A stretch of 64,000 nucleotides of DNA from Paramecium tetraurelia (GCA_000165425.1 CT868207.1:620001-684000), one strand, 5' to 3'. Counted from the stretch's first letter, positions 1 to 15,384 are shown. Notes: a model not told the origin generated them from the sequence alone. Made by a program: numbers and translations.

Positions 1-962
1 AAACCAAATATTGTATTCGTTTTTATTAAATTGTTAGAAGATGGTATGAAAAATTTTCATAAATGCATCCAATAACCTAAAGTTTGTCTGCAGACTTTGA
101 TATAAATTTACTATTACATATATACTACTTATAAACACGGTTTTTCATTAAAAGAAATAATAAATGCTACTATAAATAAGAAATCAAAAGACAAAGACAA
201 AGATAAATATGAAATTTTGAGACAATATTAATCAATGAGTCAACTCGACTTATAGAGAATAAAATAGAGATTAAGAATTTTAATCATGGCCTTATCGGAA
301 TATTTTTTTGAAGATTTTAAGGGAACTATTAAGGAGATGATAAACTAAACAGACATCTATCCAATAATTGCCTGCTCAATTCTTGATTTATTGCATTGTT
401 TATCAAAAACTGATATTAAACCCAATGAAATTTTATTCATCTTAGATTTATCAATAAAGTATTACATGCATTTATAAAATTAGATCAATAGATTAGAATA
501 ATCAATAATTAAGAAGGTATACTTACAAGACCTTTGTGAAATTAGTATAATATTTAGATTAGAGATTCGAATTCATAAGCTTCTCTTAAAAGAAATTAAA
601 ATTGGCCTTTGCCTTTGAAGGTTTAGTATAGATTTATGATCTAAGATATGGAGTAAAATTATAACCATTAGATAGATATTAATGTAATATATAAAATATA
701 TGTATTAGCATAAATAACTAGTATAGCATTTGATAGTAAGGGCAATTAATTAGCTTCATTTTCTTAGAAAGATTAAAATTTAAAGATATTTCAATTAAAA
801 CCAACTAGTTCTTTTTTATAAGGATATGAAAATGTATACATTAAATTAACTCATTAATTTAATTTTCTATAACCATTGCACCATACAGTAGAATGGGATA
901 AAGACTGTGAATATATTTATTTATAACATGAAGATGAATCACAAGTATTTAAAATTGATTGA
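1..962 (+). CDS. 3' part of a WDR7/Rabconnectin-3beta-like WD40 protein (partial, runs off the window start)
   Basis: Open frame from base 1 in the ciliate code, with inferred short introns near 536-557 and 684-708. C-terminal LAFAFEGLVQIYDLRYG...ITSIAFDSKGNQLASFSQKDQNLKIFQL resembles the terminal WD repeats of WDR7. TGA at 960-962. Confidence 0.5.
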
Positions 963-995
963 ATTAATATATTTAAAATATAAAAATTATTATAA

Positions 996-2481
996 ATGGA
1001 TAATTGCTGTGGAATTATGATGATGCAGTCATCACATCCTTCATTTATAGATCAGTATAAAAATATGGTGGTTACAACTCAGGTTGCAGAATCTATATTT
1101 CATTCACAATCATGCTCCTTTCACCCACTTACATAAAATCATACTTTAATCTTAACTTCTGGGTATTTATTAGCTAAATTTGCTGAGGATATTAATACTT
1201 TTGATACTGATTAAATCAAAAAGCATGTAAAATTTGGTTTACTAAAGGAACAAAATAAATTTGTTGAATTAAATCTTCTATGCTTAACTTATGAAAAATC
1301 AATTGTTGATTGTTTAAATCAGTTTGATATTGATAGGCATGTTGGATATGTCTTATATTTAGAGATGCTGAATTCAAAAGAAACTTTAATAATACCTAAA
1401 TATATTGATGGTCCCCTCAAAGAAGGTCAATAATTGATATCAATTAGTTCTCCATTTGCAATATAAGGTTAAGAAATGTATAAAAACTACTTTAAGAAGG
1501 CAATCATATCTTAAATCATCACAAACAATAAATTTGAACAATAGTTAATAGTCTTAGACCTAATTAGTTAAACTGGATAAGAAGGAGGGGCTATATTTAA
1601 TTCAAATGGAGAATATGTAGGTATGATTCTCTAAAATGTCTAAATTGGTTAGGCTTATAATCGCTATTTCACATTTTGTCTGAATTGGAAAGTTATAAAT
1701 TCTATTTTCTAATCAAATTTCAATTTACTGTCAATACAATAATTATTTTTATAATCATAACTAATTGATTAAATGTTTTTGGCATCAAATTTTGTTCAAT
1801 CTGATTTTGGTCAAATAGGCAGTGCAGTTATTATTAATGACAAGATGAATCAAAAAAGCTATATACTAACGGCTTCCAATTTCCTTATTAATAATGGAAA
1901 AGGCTCGAAAATCTTAGTAGGTTTGAATTAAATTAAAGGTATACTTTTGGAGGACTTTAAAAAATCTTATAATATTACTTTAGCAAAATGTGGAGAATAT
2001 TTATAAAGTAGTTTATTTATAGAAGACTTTATAAATTATAAGGAATTAGAAGTTGGATAACCTGTTTATTTGATTTGTTATTAAGAGGGAGTATTTTAAA
2101 ATCAGCCATATATTTCAAGAGGGCGAATATTGAAATTAATTAAGAATGAGATAGATGAAAATTCTACCATCATAACTAATTGCTATCTCAAGAACTGTTT
2201 AAATGGAGGGGGATTGTTTTCAGAGTAAGGAAAACTAATTGGATTATTATCAAATGTTGTAAATTATATGAGTGAAGGAATCTTTTGTGGGTTAACTATT
2301 TTCACACCAATTCTATTATTTGATTAATTATTCAAAGATTTATATTACTAAAAGTAATAATACTTAATAAAATAGATAAATTACAGAGTTTACATTATAA
2401 AAGTTAAGAATGATTTAATAGTTGAGCAACCATTCTCCTTATGTATAAAGTTAATATGGTTAACAGAACCCTAAGTTATGA
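996..2481 (+). CDS. TYSND1/DEG15-like peroxisomal trypsin-fold protein, probably catalytically inactive
   Basis: ATG 996. Two trypsin-like halves: GQQLISISSPF...DLISQTGQEGGAIFNSNGEYVGM and GSAVII...YILTASNF...VGQPVYLICY...NGGGLFSEQGKLIGL. After a 22-nt intron (2354-2375) the protein ends ...QNPKL*, a PTS1-like tripeptide. Confidence 0.7.
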
Positions 2482-2963
2482 AAATTAATTTTTGTTATTA
2501 ACAATATCTAAGGGTTATTTTATTAAATCTCTTCTTTAACCTAAATGTAACATTCCTTTTATTTTTGATAAATAGTCCCCTTAAAATCTAAATAAGTATC
2601 TAATAAAAATTAATTTTATTGAAATTAACTCTCCTTTATTTGAAATAAGCAATAGAATAACTTCAATAAAAATAAATTGTGCTATATTTTAAGATTTTTT
2701 GCTAACTTATTTTAATTTATTCTTAATTAAGGTTTTAGAATCCAGTTTAAGTGTTTGATTAGATATGCTGATTGATACTTTCCACCTCGAAAATTTTAAA
2801 GTCATACCTTCTATTAAATATACTTTAAATTTAATACTTCTAATACAATTCTTAAAATTAGTAAGAAGTCATGAAGTTTTAAATTAGAATAAAAGGAATT
2901 AATATGTTTTTATAATTAATTATATAAATAGTTAAATTATTATTTTACTGTTAAATTCAAGTT

Positions 2964-4617
2964 ATGGATCTTTCTCAATACAATTTAGTATAAAAGATTA
3001 TGAATTTATATAGGTCGATGAAAACTCAGATTATATAATTCTACAGCATAATTCAAACAGCCTGTTATATGTTTATAAAGAATATGAAATACCAAAATTT
3101 ATTGGGAAAAAACAAATTCTCCCCAATTCATAGTTGATAGAGATTTTGGAGAATAGGAAACAATTAGATTCTCTAAATTTACTGTAACTCACAGATTATG
3201 TCATAACATCAAAATTATGCTTATTATATGAATAATACATTAAAAACTTTGAGGAAGAATTATCAAAGCGTAGGAACAACAAAATGATCAGCTAATTTCA
3301 CCCGACGATGTAGAAGTCAANNNNNNNNNNNNNNNNNNNNNNNNNNNNNNNNNNNNNNNNNNNNNNNNNNNNNNNNNNNNNNNNNNNNNNNNNNNNNNNN
3401 NNNNNNNNNNNNNNNNNNNNNNNNNNNNNNNNNNNNNNNNNNNNNNNNNNNNNNNNNNNNNNNNNNNNNNNNNNNNNNNNNNNNNNNNNNNNNNNNNNNN
3501 NNNNNNNNNNNNNNNNNNNNNNNNNNNNNNNNNNNNNNNNNNNNNNNNNNNNNNNNNNNNNNNNNNNNNNNNNNNNNNNNNNNNNNNNNNNNNNNNNNNN
3601 NNNNNNNNNNNNNNNNNNNNNTTCCAGATAATGAGGAGTACGGCTATTGGTCACCTGAAATAATTAATGAATTTGAGGGATGGAAATAGAAATATGAAAC
3701 AATTGAAGCAGATATTTGGGCATTAGGAATAGTGTTTCTGGAAGCTATGACCTTAAAATCTGGTTATGACTTTTACTTTATAGATGACAATAATAAATTA
3801 TACATTGATTACTAATTACTCTAAGATAATTTTGATGCAGCCAAAGAATACTATTCATAAGAATTAATAACTTTGGTCTAAATCATGCTCACTATAGATC
3901 CATAGGAAAGAACTTGGGAAAATATAATTGAACAGAACATTCGAATATAAGATACGTAATAACAGCAAATTCTTCCTTAAATATAACCAATTCCTGAAGA
4001 AAGTGAAGAAGAGAGTATCATTTAAGAGAAGGCAGGTTGTGATAAGACAAAGTTGTTGAATATGTTAGAGAGTTGTCTAATTAAATCAAGACAATTGATT
4101 AAAGAAAATGAAAGTAGAAAGTCTAAAAGACCTAGTTAAGATAATATCACTTGCAGTTAGTCAAGTCCTCAAAAAGAAAAAGAAGACGTTAATTCTAGTT
4201 TATTAATGCTTATGAAAGGAAAACATTCAAAGAAAAATTCTACTGACTCTGGTGGATCAATTCTTAAAGAAATTCCTTAGAACAAGTAAAAATAACGACA
4301 AAAGTCTCAATAAGATATTTTTGAGAAAATAGTTTTACAGAATGCAATAGTTTAGGATTAAAACATTATGGATCCCAATGATTTATCCAATTTGATGTAA
4401 ATCTATAAGTCTTATAATGGAGAAGGAAAAAATAAAATGATGCATGGTAAAGGTCATCTCGTATTTTAGAATGGAGCTGTTTTATAAGGGTATATTTTAT
4501 TATGATTTTATTAGAACTTTTCAAGATGGTAAGGTTAATGGTTATGGAATCTTACTAATAAATGGATAAATAATAGTTGGGCATTGGGAAAATAACATCT
4601 TGGTTCAAATTATGTGA
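2964..4617 (+). CDS. Protein kinase-like protein with C-terminal MORN repeats (spans an N-gap)
   Basis: After the gap: GYWSPE...ADIWALGIVFLE...MLTIDPQER (kinase subdomains VIII-XI). C-terminus YNGEGKNKMMHGKG...GTFQDGKVNGYG...GHWENN (MORN). The catalytic loop would lie in the gap at 3321-3621. Confidence 0.7.
3321..3621. other. Assembly gap (N run)
   Basis: Run of N. Confidence 1.
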
Positions 4618-4728
4618 AATATCTTCGATTTTTATATATATATAAATAAATTTATTATACTTGACAATTTAATGCCAACTTCTTAACCACTGAAATGAAT
4701 TTACTTAATTTTATTAATTATTTTATTT

Positions 4729-7700
4729 ATGTTACCTCCACAACAAAGTTCTGTAGAGGCACAAGCTAATCTGTTTGAAAATGAACAAAATTAACAATTA
4801 TAATAAAGTTTAGAATTAAAGATGAATATTATTCTAATGGCTACAGAGATTGAGAGATTACATAAAATTTTAATATCCAAAAAGGATTATTACGAAAAAA
4901 AAATCTAAGATTTGATTGATAGAGGTAATTATATCAAAAACAATTATTAGAGCTCTAAGACAAGGAATAAATTGCTAAATAAGCATAAGCTATTACTGAA
5001 TTAAATTAGCAAATTCAATAGAAGAATGACCTTATTTCTTAAATTTTGCAAGAAAAGTAATATTATATATCACTATTTAGGTCTCAATAAGAGATGAATC
5101 TATTAATAAGTTAACAATTATTTGTTATCAATACTTAATTTAAAAATGCTGAAATTTACATTTAAGAATTGTAAAAAGAAAATTAACTTTTAAAACAATA
5201 GTTTGAGGATGCTCCGTCTTTGAGATAAAAGCTATACGACTTAGAATAATGGTATGCTAAATTAATTCATGAAAAAAATGAAGAAATTAATTTACTGAAA
5301 ACTCATTAACCTCATATAGTATAATATGCACCTCAATTAAACATCATTAATTAACTTTTAGATTAAAAAGAAAGAGAATTGCTATAATGGTAATATAGTT
5401 CATAATAAGTGAATTTATATCGTGAAAACTAAAGGTTAACTTAACAGCTTAAATTTTTAAATGATAAATTGAATTTGCTATTATTCGACAATGAACATTT
5501 AAATAAAAGATTAGCAGACATATAATCGCATCCCTCTAACCAAACAACATAACCGTAGTATGCAACACTCAGAGGAGACTCCTAATGTACAGCTCCAATA
5601 TTGCACGATTTTTTGGCTACCAAAACACCTCGAAGATATAAATAATAATTCTAATCAATCCTTCCAACAGACTTCACAAATTCATCATTATTAAGCTACA
5701 GAATAATAAAAAGGCCTCAATCAGTTGGATCAGGAAGTTCAATTCACTTTTTAGGATCGCCTCCATAATTAGTCTATCACTAGAACTAATATTCTCCAAG
5801 ATATTCCAGAAAATCCTTATAAAATCATTCTGCTTAATTCAATGAATTATTAAGATAAACTTAGATTATATAGAATCAACCTATCCTTACTATATAAAAT
5901 ATAGAAACCCAAATTTAGTTTTTGAATCATATGTTATTAATTAAAAGATAAGAATTACCAACTCAAACTACTCCTCCAAGAAAAATTTATAAAATTTTGA
6001 AAACTCAAGGAAATGAGAGAACGTCAAGTCCGAACTACACACCTCCTCAATTCATTATCATGAAATAACCAATTAATCTATCATAATAAAAAATTCAACC
6101 CTCTTAATAACAATTTATTCCTTAAACAGCTAGATTACTCCCTCAAAATCAGTTACAAGATCCTAATAATGTTATTAAATACCGATCATTTTCTGCTGAA
6201 ACTAAAAGGGAACTTTCTCCTTATGCTGTCTAATATTAATAGTAACTAATCCCACAAGCTTCACTATTTCTCAATTAGCCATAACAAGCTCATCAAATTT
6301 AATATAAATACTCTCCAATTTAAAGAATCATTCCATAATAAAATTTGTAAAACACTATTCCTAAATAGACATAAAGAAGTGTTTCACCTTAATCTGTTTA
6401 ATATATGCCTTATTAAACATAACCACAAGCACCATAAACTATCAGATTCTAAGATTTGAAATAATATCAATCTGTAAATTTGCAACCACTTTAACAACAC
6501 CAAGATCCATAATAACATTACATTTAACAATAATAAAACATTATTAATTACAATTTGATTTCATAATCCTAACCTTACCTTCCCACTCAATTTGGAGCAT
6601 ATCCACAAAACCCAAGCGAATAAAATAGATCTCCCATACATGTTTTAGCTTATCCATATGATTCCTCTCCATAAAATCCAGAGGATCTAAATAAGACCAG
6701 ATAAATTTAAAATCCTATTTCATAAAATCCTTATGGATTATTCATGACTCCAAACAATGTCAGAAAACCAGTAATATCTAATAGCAACTCTTCTTAACCA
6801 TTTTCATAGGTGAGAGTAAAGAGAGAATCACAAGAACCTTTAAGTATACGAAAATAAAAGGGATCATCACATTAGAGTAATAAATCTCTTCCTGCCTAAG
6901 TTTTATAATCTACACCTATAGATAATTCTTAAGTTGAACCCTTTGAATTATGCAATGCACCATAAGAACCAGATGAATAAGAGAAAGAACCTTTAAAACC
7001 AGAAGAAATATAAAAATCTCCTTAACTTTAAGATCCATCTGAATAAACTCAACCTAAAACTGATCCTTAAGAATAACCTATTGAATAACCTAAATAAGAA
7101 GAACAATTTTAATAACCTTAAAATCTTAATGATTAGGGTAAAAAAAACCATCAAAATCCAGAAAATTTAAATAAGAAGCCTCAAAAACCTTATATCTTGT
7201 TAAATAAACCATAAAATCCAAACACTTTGAGTAAACCAAATTAGAGCTCTAGGATGTCTAGTGGATAACCTATTCCATAGATTTCAGATAATCAAAAGGA
7301 TGACATCTCACAACCTGAAGATCAAAAACGAAGTTAGCCAGCTAGTGTTATAAAGGGTTTAGAAAATAAAAAAGATTCTCTCCTTCAAGATCTTGATGAG
7401 TTAAGAAAATATAAATAAGAATTAGATAGATTGAATGATTTATTAAGTTAAGCTAAATTAGAAAATGAAAAACTTAAGGAAATTTATTAACAAAATGATT
7501 TGAATTGGTAAAAATAATTCTAATAAAAATATACAGCTGCATTGTAGCAGTTACAATTATTTGAAAATAAGCTGGCCATTCAAAATAAAGAGTATAATTA
7601 AAACATTCAAAAATAAAAAACTAATTTTAATTCTCTACAATAAAAGTTTGATGAATAAGAGATTCTTATTGATAAGTAAAAGATTGAAATAAATAAATTG

Positions 7701-10700
7701 ATGCAAAATTGAGATGACAAAAGTAAGAAGGTTACTTAAAATGAAGTATAAGAGGATGATACCCAGAGATGATTAACGGATCTTTAAGAGTAGGTTGCTG
7801 ACTTATGATCCAAACTCAAGATCTTAAATGATGCTTAAGAATGAGATCTAAACAAAATAGCTTAGTGAGATGAGAGTGTTATTGATTGAGAGAAACAATT
7901 AAGACAATAAACTTGAGAGTATTCTGAGTTAGATGCAGATTATGTTCATGTTAAATGAGGGTGTGATTGATTATGAGGGGGGTCAGCTTCTTCTGAGTTA
8001 GCTCNNNNNNNNNNNNNNNNNNNNNNNNNNNNNNNNNNNNNNNNNNNNNNNNNNNNNNNNNNNNNNNNNNNNNNNNNNNNNNNNNNNNNNNNNNNNNNNN
8101 NNNNNNNNNNNNNNNNNNNNNNNNNNNNNNNNNNNNNNNNNNNNNNNNNNNNNNGATTGCTGTTAGCAAGAGTTAAATTTAAGAATATTAAATATCAATA
8201 ACATAATATACTAATGATACTAATAAAGTTTAAGTATTATAAAAGAAGAATGATGAATTGATTTATTAATTGGACAAATTGAATTAAAGCTAAGCAAATA
8301 TAGAATAAAATTAATTAAAAGATAAATTATTACTAAATGATTAGTTAAGACAACTATAGAATGAATTAGCTCTTTCTAAAAATAATGAATCATACTTATT
8401 AATGGATAAATAATTACTTATTGATCAAATAAGACAGCTCAACAAGGATATTTCAGTTTCAAAATCTCAAATTTAAGAATTTTAATTATCAACTCCTTAA
8501 GAATAAATAGAAATTTTTACATCCCAATAATTCTCTAAGAAAAATGATGAATTAAGGCAATAATTGGATCAACAAAATCTCATTATTACTTAATACAATT
8601 AATAATTACAACTTACTTAATTAAATTATGATAAAAAAGAAGAAGAGTTAAATAAATTAAAAATTAATTTATAAAATGTTAATGGTTAACTATTTTAATT
8701 ATAAAAGCAGAGTACTGTTAATTTGAAAAATGAGAGTGATTACTTTTCATAGCTTTAGGATTAAATAGCTTAAAACTCTCTATTATCTAAGTAATTTAAA
8801 GAAGAAAAAGATATATTAAAAAGATCTATTTTTGATAAGGAAAAAGAAATATAAAGTTTAAATTCAATCTAAAAAAATCTCGAGTGTTAAATTTTTGATA
8901 TTAAGCAATAAAACCTAAATTTAATTTAATAATTAAAAGATTAAGAATCAATCTACTGCAAATTATAAGAAAATCAACATTCTTATTACTTAGATCCATC
9001 CAAAGATTTACAAAAATAATTAAGCATTAAATAATTGGAAATATAACAAATAGATGCTGAAAATAAAAAATTAAATAATAAGCTTTTAAATAACTAAGAT
9101 TTTATTAAAAAATAACAATAAGATTTAATGAATTATGCAAATGAAAAACAAAAGTTATATTTATAATATCAATAAGAGACTTCTGCTCTGCAGAACTAAA
9201 TAAAAAGACTTTAGTAGGAAATATTAAATCAACAAGAAATATAGAGATAATTAGAATAAATTCCATAAAAAATTGAGATTAATAAGCCAATTTTAACTAT
9301 TGAATCTCCAAAAGCCAAGTATATGAGTAAAAGTCTGAATAAATCAAGTTCATCTTGTTATTCAACCGATGATTTAAGAGGGAAATATTATAATTGTTCA
9401 CTTTATGCTACAAATAACAATAGAATAAGTTATTACTCCTCTTTAAGAGCTGCAAAATCAAATGGAGATTTATTGAATTCTCATGAAAAGAACCTATCAA
9501 CTTCAGAAGAAGATTTGAAGAAATAAATAATACTTTGGTAATAAAAGTATGAAGAATTACTAACAGAAAGATATTCAAAATAAAACTTGATTACCCCTAA
9601 AAAAGAAAGATTAACCTAGGAATTCAGTGTGTTAGATGAATCAACTAATTGGAAATAAAAATATGATGAATTATAAGGATAGATTTAATAATAAAATTAA
9701 AATAATAAAGATAAAGTTATTGAATAGTTACGATTAAAAAATGAATTACTATATTATGAGTTGCATTAAATTGAAATTGAATATGAATAACTAAGAAATT
9801 AAATCAATATTAGCCAAAAGCAGAGTGCAAATGATAAGAATTAAAATAATTTGAATTAATAAAGAACTATTGATTAATAGAATCAAAAAATTAGTAATTA
9901 ACAAAATGAAATTGAATAACTGAAATATAAGTTGAAATAAGTAATTGAGAGCAAGAATATTTTAGAAAAAAAGTCTAATAGTTAATAAAATGAGTATATT
10001 TAATAATTAGAGGCATAAAATTTTGATTGTTTATAAGAAATTTAGTCTTTGCAAATAGAAATTAAGAGACTATAGGAAAGTAATAATTTAATGAAATAAT
10101 AAATAAATGATTAGGTTATTAATTTATAATCTGGACAAGATTAAAATGAATTAAATATAGAAGAATATTTACAATAAATTGAATCATTAAAAAGCTAAAT
10201 AAATAGTTAATAAACTTAAATATTCTAATTATAAAATTAATTAAAGTAATCAAAAATTAAAGAATCGGAATTAGAATAAAAGTTCAAGTATGCAATTGAG
10301 GATTTAGAACATGTTCAGAAAATGTATAATGAGCAAAGATAATCTTGTTAGGAATAATAACGATAACTATAAAACTTACAATAATAACTATAGTAATAGT
10401 AACAAAAACATTAACAATCATAGCAGCAATAATAATAATAGCAATTAGAAGAGTAGAAATAATATTCATAAAGGTCTTACTAAATAGAGTAGTCCAGAAT
10501 TGTTGAAACCTACGCTGAACAATAAACAAATAATCAATAAGATGAATAATATAGAAAGATATTATATGAACTTAGTTTGATAAAATAATAAAACTTGTCT
10601 TTGTAAACTTAATTGTAAGAATCAACTCAAAAGTAGATTGCATTAATGCAAGAAATAAAACAATTATAAATTCAAAATGAAAGATTAAATTAAAGTAATG

Positions 10701-11277
10701 TTAGATTACATAATGAATAATAGAAATTTACAATGTAAAGCGATTAAGTAAATAAAATAAATGATTAATTCAAAGAATTATAATTTGAAAACTAAAAATT
10801 GAGAAGTGAGATTTACTATCTGTAACAGGAGAAGTAATAAGTTATCATTTCTTTCGAATCCAAATTACAATAATATTCAGCTAGCGCAAATAATAAAATT
10901 AGGTAACAATAAATAGATGATCTAAAACGAGAGCTGGCTCTGCTAAAAAGAGCAACCTTAAAATCATCTGGTGTTGATATGGATGCTGAAAGATTGAGTT
11001 ACTCAACTTAAATAACTCAATTGAAGAAACAACTTGAATACGAACAGATAAAGAATAAAGAATTACAACAAAAGCTTTAAAATTCTTCATAATATTAAGT
11101 ATTATATTTAAATTATTCTAGTCTGATTTTGGACTTGTAGAAAGATTGAACAAAGAATTGCAAGATAAAATTGTTGAATTACACTAAGTTAAATCAGAAT
11201 ATAGGAATGCGATAAAAATGATTCATTCCTTAGAAGAATAAGTAATAGAAAGATTGGAAAAAGAACAAAACTCTTGA
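4729..11277 (+). CDS. Very large Gln/Pro-rich and coiled-coil protein (one gene spanning a gap, or two adjacent genes)
   Basis: ATG 4729. N-terminal coiled coil (MATEIERL), long P/Q/S-rich middle region, then extensive coiled coil ending at TGA 11275-11277. Ten in-frame TGAs at 7710-7976, just before the gap, are probably base-call errors (see findings). Confidence 0.6.
8005..8154. other. Assembly gap (N run)
   Basis: Run of N. Confidence 1.
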
Positions 11278-11331
11278 AAAAAAATATTTTGTAGACTTTT
11301 ATATTAGTAACTTATAAAGAATTAAATTTTT

Positions 11332-12868
<1,537 letters not shown>

Positions 12869-13482
12869 AATTTGATAATATTTATAATTTAATTCCTTTC
12901 AAAGAATTGTAATCCCTTTAACAAAGTTGTATTTCAGTATAAAAATAGATATAAATGGTTCCAATTAAATACGTAACTAATTCAATTATTTTTATTCAAT
13001 GAACAATTAGTTAAAAATCATTCTTAGGATTATATAAATCAGCACTACATAAGCAAAGCAGCATACTTTTAATGTAATATAATTTTATAAATTTCTTTTG
13101 AAATAAAACATTAAACAAACAATAGAAAACCAGTACTAATTTTTTGTGAATTTTTATTTTTATAATTAAAATCTAATTATAATATACTTTCTATTATATA
13201 TAGTCATTACCTCATATGATATTATTTCAATAATTCAATTATCAGACACATTTTTTTTCAAAATAAATAAACCCAAAATCGTGAAATTAAAAAGTGTTCT
13301 TCTTCTGAGCTTTGGTATGCATTTGTCATCATTTATAAAGCAATTCAACACACTAAAGTTTTGTAGTTTTTTATTTTTAAAGATTTTTTGAATTAAGATC
13401 TTAAAATTGAATGTAAACATAAAGTATTTGTTAAACTATGAATAAACATATATAACTCGATATAAATAATCAATAAAGAAAC

Positions 13483-13931
13483 TCAATTGGAACGATTTTA
13501 CATGTATTTGTTAAAAATTTAAGTTCGTGTTTGTTGCAAGAGAGATTCCATCTAAGTAATTATTATTTTTAATCTTTAACATTGTTAAAGTTTCAAATAA
13601 TCTCGATTTGTGATACGAGGCTTAGATCTATTACTCTATGAGGCTTCAGTTTCTGAATCAGCCTTTTTTACTTTTTTTGATTTTCTGTTAATGAGCCTTG
13701 ATTTTTTTTTTGGTGCTTCTTCTGCAAAATTAAACAAAAGGACTGGCTCCTCTTATAAATATCCATCAAAGGTATTAAGTTATTCTGGTTCATTTTACTC
13801 ACTTTATTCGTAATCATAATACATTATTTATTCTTATTATTGTAGTAATGGTTCTTAAACAAATTCTAGATATGATAAAAATAAGTACCTTGTTAATCCT
13901 ATTCTTCAAAATCTATTGAGTAGAAATTCAT
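13483..13931 (-). CDS. Hypothetical protein (acidic N-terminus, basic middle, helical C-terminus)
   Basis: MNFYSIDFEEQ..., one short intron near 13866-13888, then KKKSRLINRKSKKVKK...YLKLQQCQRLKIIITQMESLLQQTR...RSN*. Confidence 0.65.
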
Positions 13932-14196
13932 AAGAGAAAATTATCAAATGTTTTTTTTATTAATTAGAATATTTGTTATTTCATCTTTAATAGGGAATTT
14001 GCGTTTATTGTGAAAAATTCTCAGTTTATTTATGCTTATAAACTTATGATTTATAAAATATAATATTGATTAATTATCAATTAAATACCACAATTATTAA
14101 TTTCATTAAATTTATAGTAGCTATATATTTTTGCTATAGATTAATATTTTATGGGTAATTTCAAAAATAAATTTTTAAATTATCTCAAAGAATCAG

Positions 14197-14346
14197 NNNN
14201 NNNNNNNNNNNNNNNNNNNNNNNNNNNNNNNNNNNNNNNNNNNNNNNNNNNNNNNNNNNNNNNNNNNNNNNNNNNNNNNNNNNNNNNNNNNNNNNNNNNN
14301 NNNNNNNNNNNNNNNNNNNNNNNNNNNNNNNNNNNNNNNNNNNNNN
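14197..14346. other. Assembly gap (N run)
   Basis: Run of N. Confidence 1.
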
Positions 14347-15144
14347 AATAATTGATAATCTATACCAAAATCACTATTAACCTTTTTCTCTGCCTATTAT
14401 ACATGAATTATAAAATAATCTAAATTTAAAAAAAATTAAAATGTTCTTGATAGGCTGCTGTTTATGATTGTTAAAATTTTGCTTAATAGAATCTATATTT
14501 TACAAACTACAAGCATTATTATATTTGATTTCAATTTGTAATAAAACAATAGATAGTGAACCAATAATTAAAACAAGAGTATAATATTATCATTATATAA
14601 TGTTAAATAAATAAGATTGATAAGATTTGAACATATTTTTAGATAATAATAATTTTATTAATATACCATTCCATACCAATTATCCTTGAAATCTCTAATC
14701 ACAAAATGCTAAAAGCTTTGATTATAGAGAAGTTAAAGTAGTAAATAATGAAAAAAATATTATAGTTTATTTATTTATCAATTATCTTGCTAAATAATTG
14801 CTTAGAATTTTAAAAAATAATACTATTCATGAAACTAAACTGTCATCATATTCAAAAATAAAATATGATTTAAAAACTCATCTATCAAGCTATGTTTTCT
14901 ATAATAGATTTGTGAAAGTGGGAATGTTTCTGAGCTTTTCAGACTTTTTCTCATTTTTTTCTTTTTTGATTTGCTTTTCTAAATAAATTTCTTATGAAAA
15001 TTTATCAATGAGATTCTAGTATTCTAAAGTAATTAAATCCATAGATTCTCTTAAAGTAAGCTGAGATTATTATTATTTCTATGAATTACTGAAGCTAAGT
15101 TTTCCTTGATTTAATTCGTATGCCATTTTATAGAATTAATTTTA

Positions 15145-15384
15145 ATGAATGAAGATGCTAAAGAAGTGATTATTAATCATATATTAAAAGCTACAACATT
15201 TTGTTCAAAAAAGCTGTGAAACATTAAAAATAGATTAGTTTAAAGGAAAAGAGACAGAATGCTTAGGTTCTAATATTTTTATTTATATAATTTAGTATAA
15301 TGTGGTTATGGATTTGCGGCTTCAATTCATTACCAAGGGCAATTCATGAAGTATTTAATGGAGCAAACCGAAGGTGTAGGATGA
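15145..15384 (+). pseudogene. Small Tim-like twin-CX3C protein interrupted by a +1 frameshift (pseudogene or homopolymer error)
   Basis: Removing one A from the A6 run (15207-15212) and a 29-nt intron (15267-15295) gives MNEDAKEVIINHILKATTFCSKSCETLKIDQFKGKETECLVQCGYGFAASIHYQGQFMKYLMEQTEGVG*. Confidence 0.5.

Noticed and set aside
2500..2872. Possible small minus-strand gene starting MTSYQFQELYQK with intron-like tracts
   Set aside because: No recognisable motif and no convincing end; it cannot be distinguished from decayed or non-coding DNA.
13235..13420. 61-codon minus-strand ORF
   Set aside because: Short, AT-driven composition, no motif.
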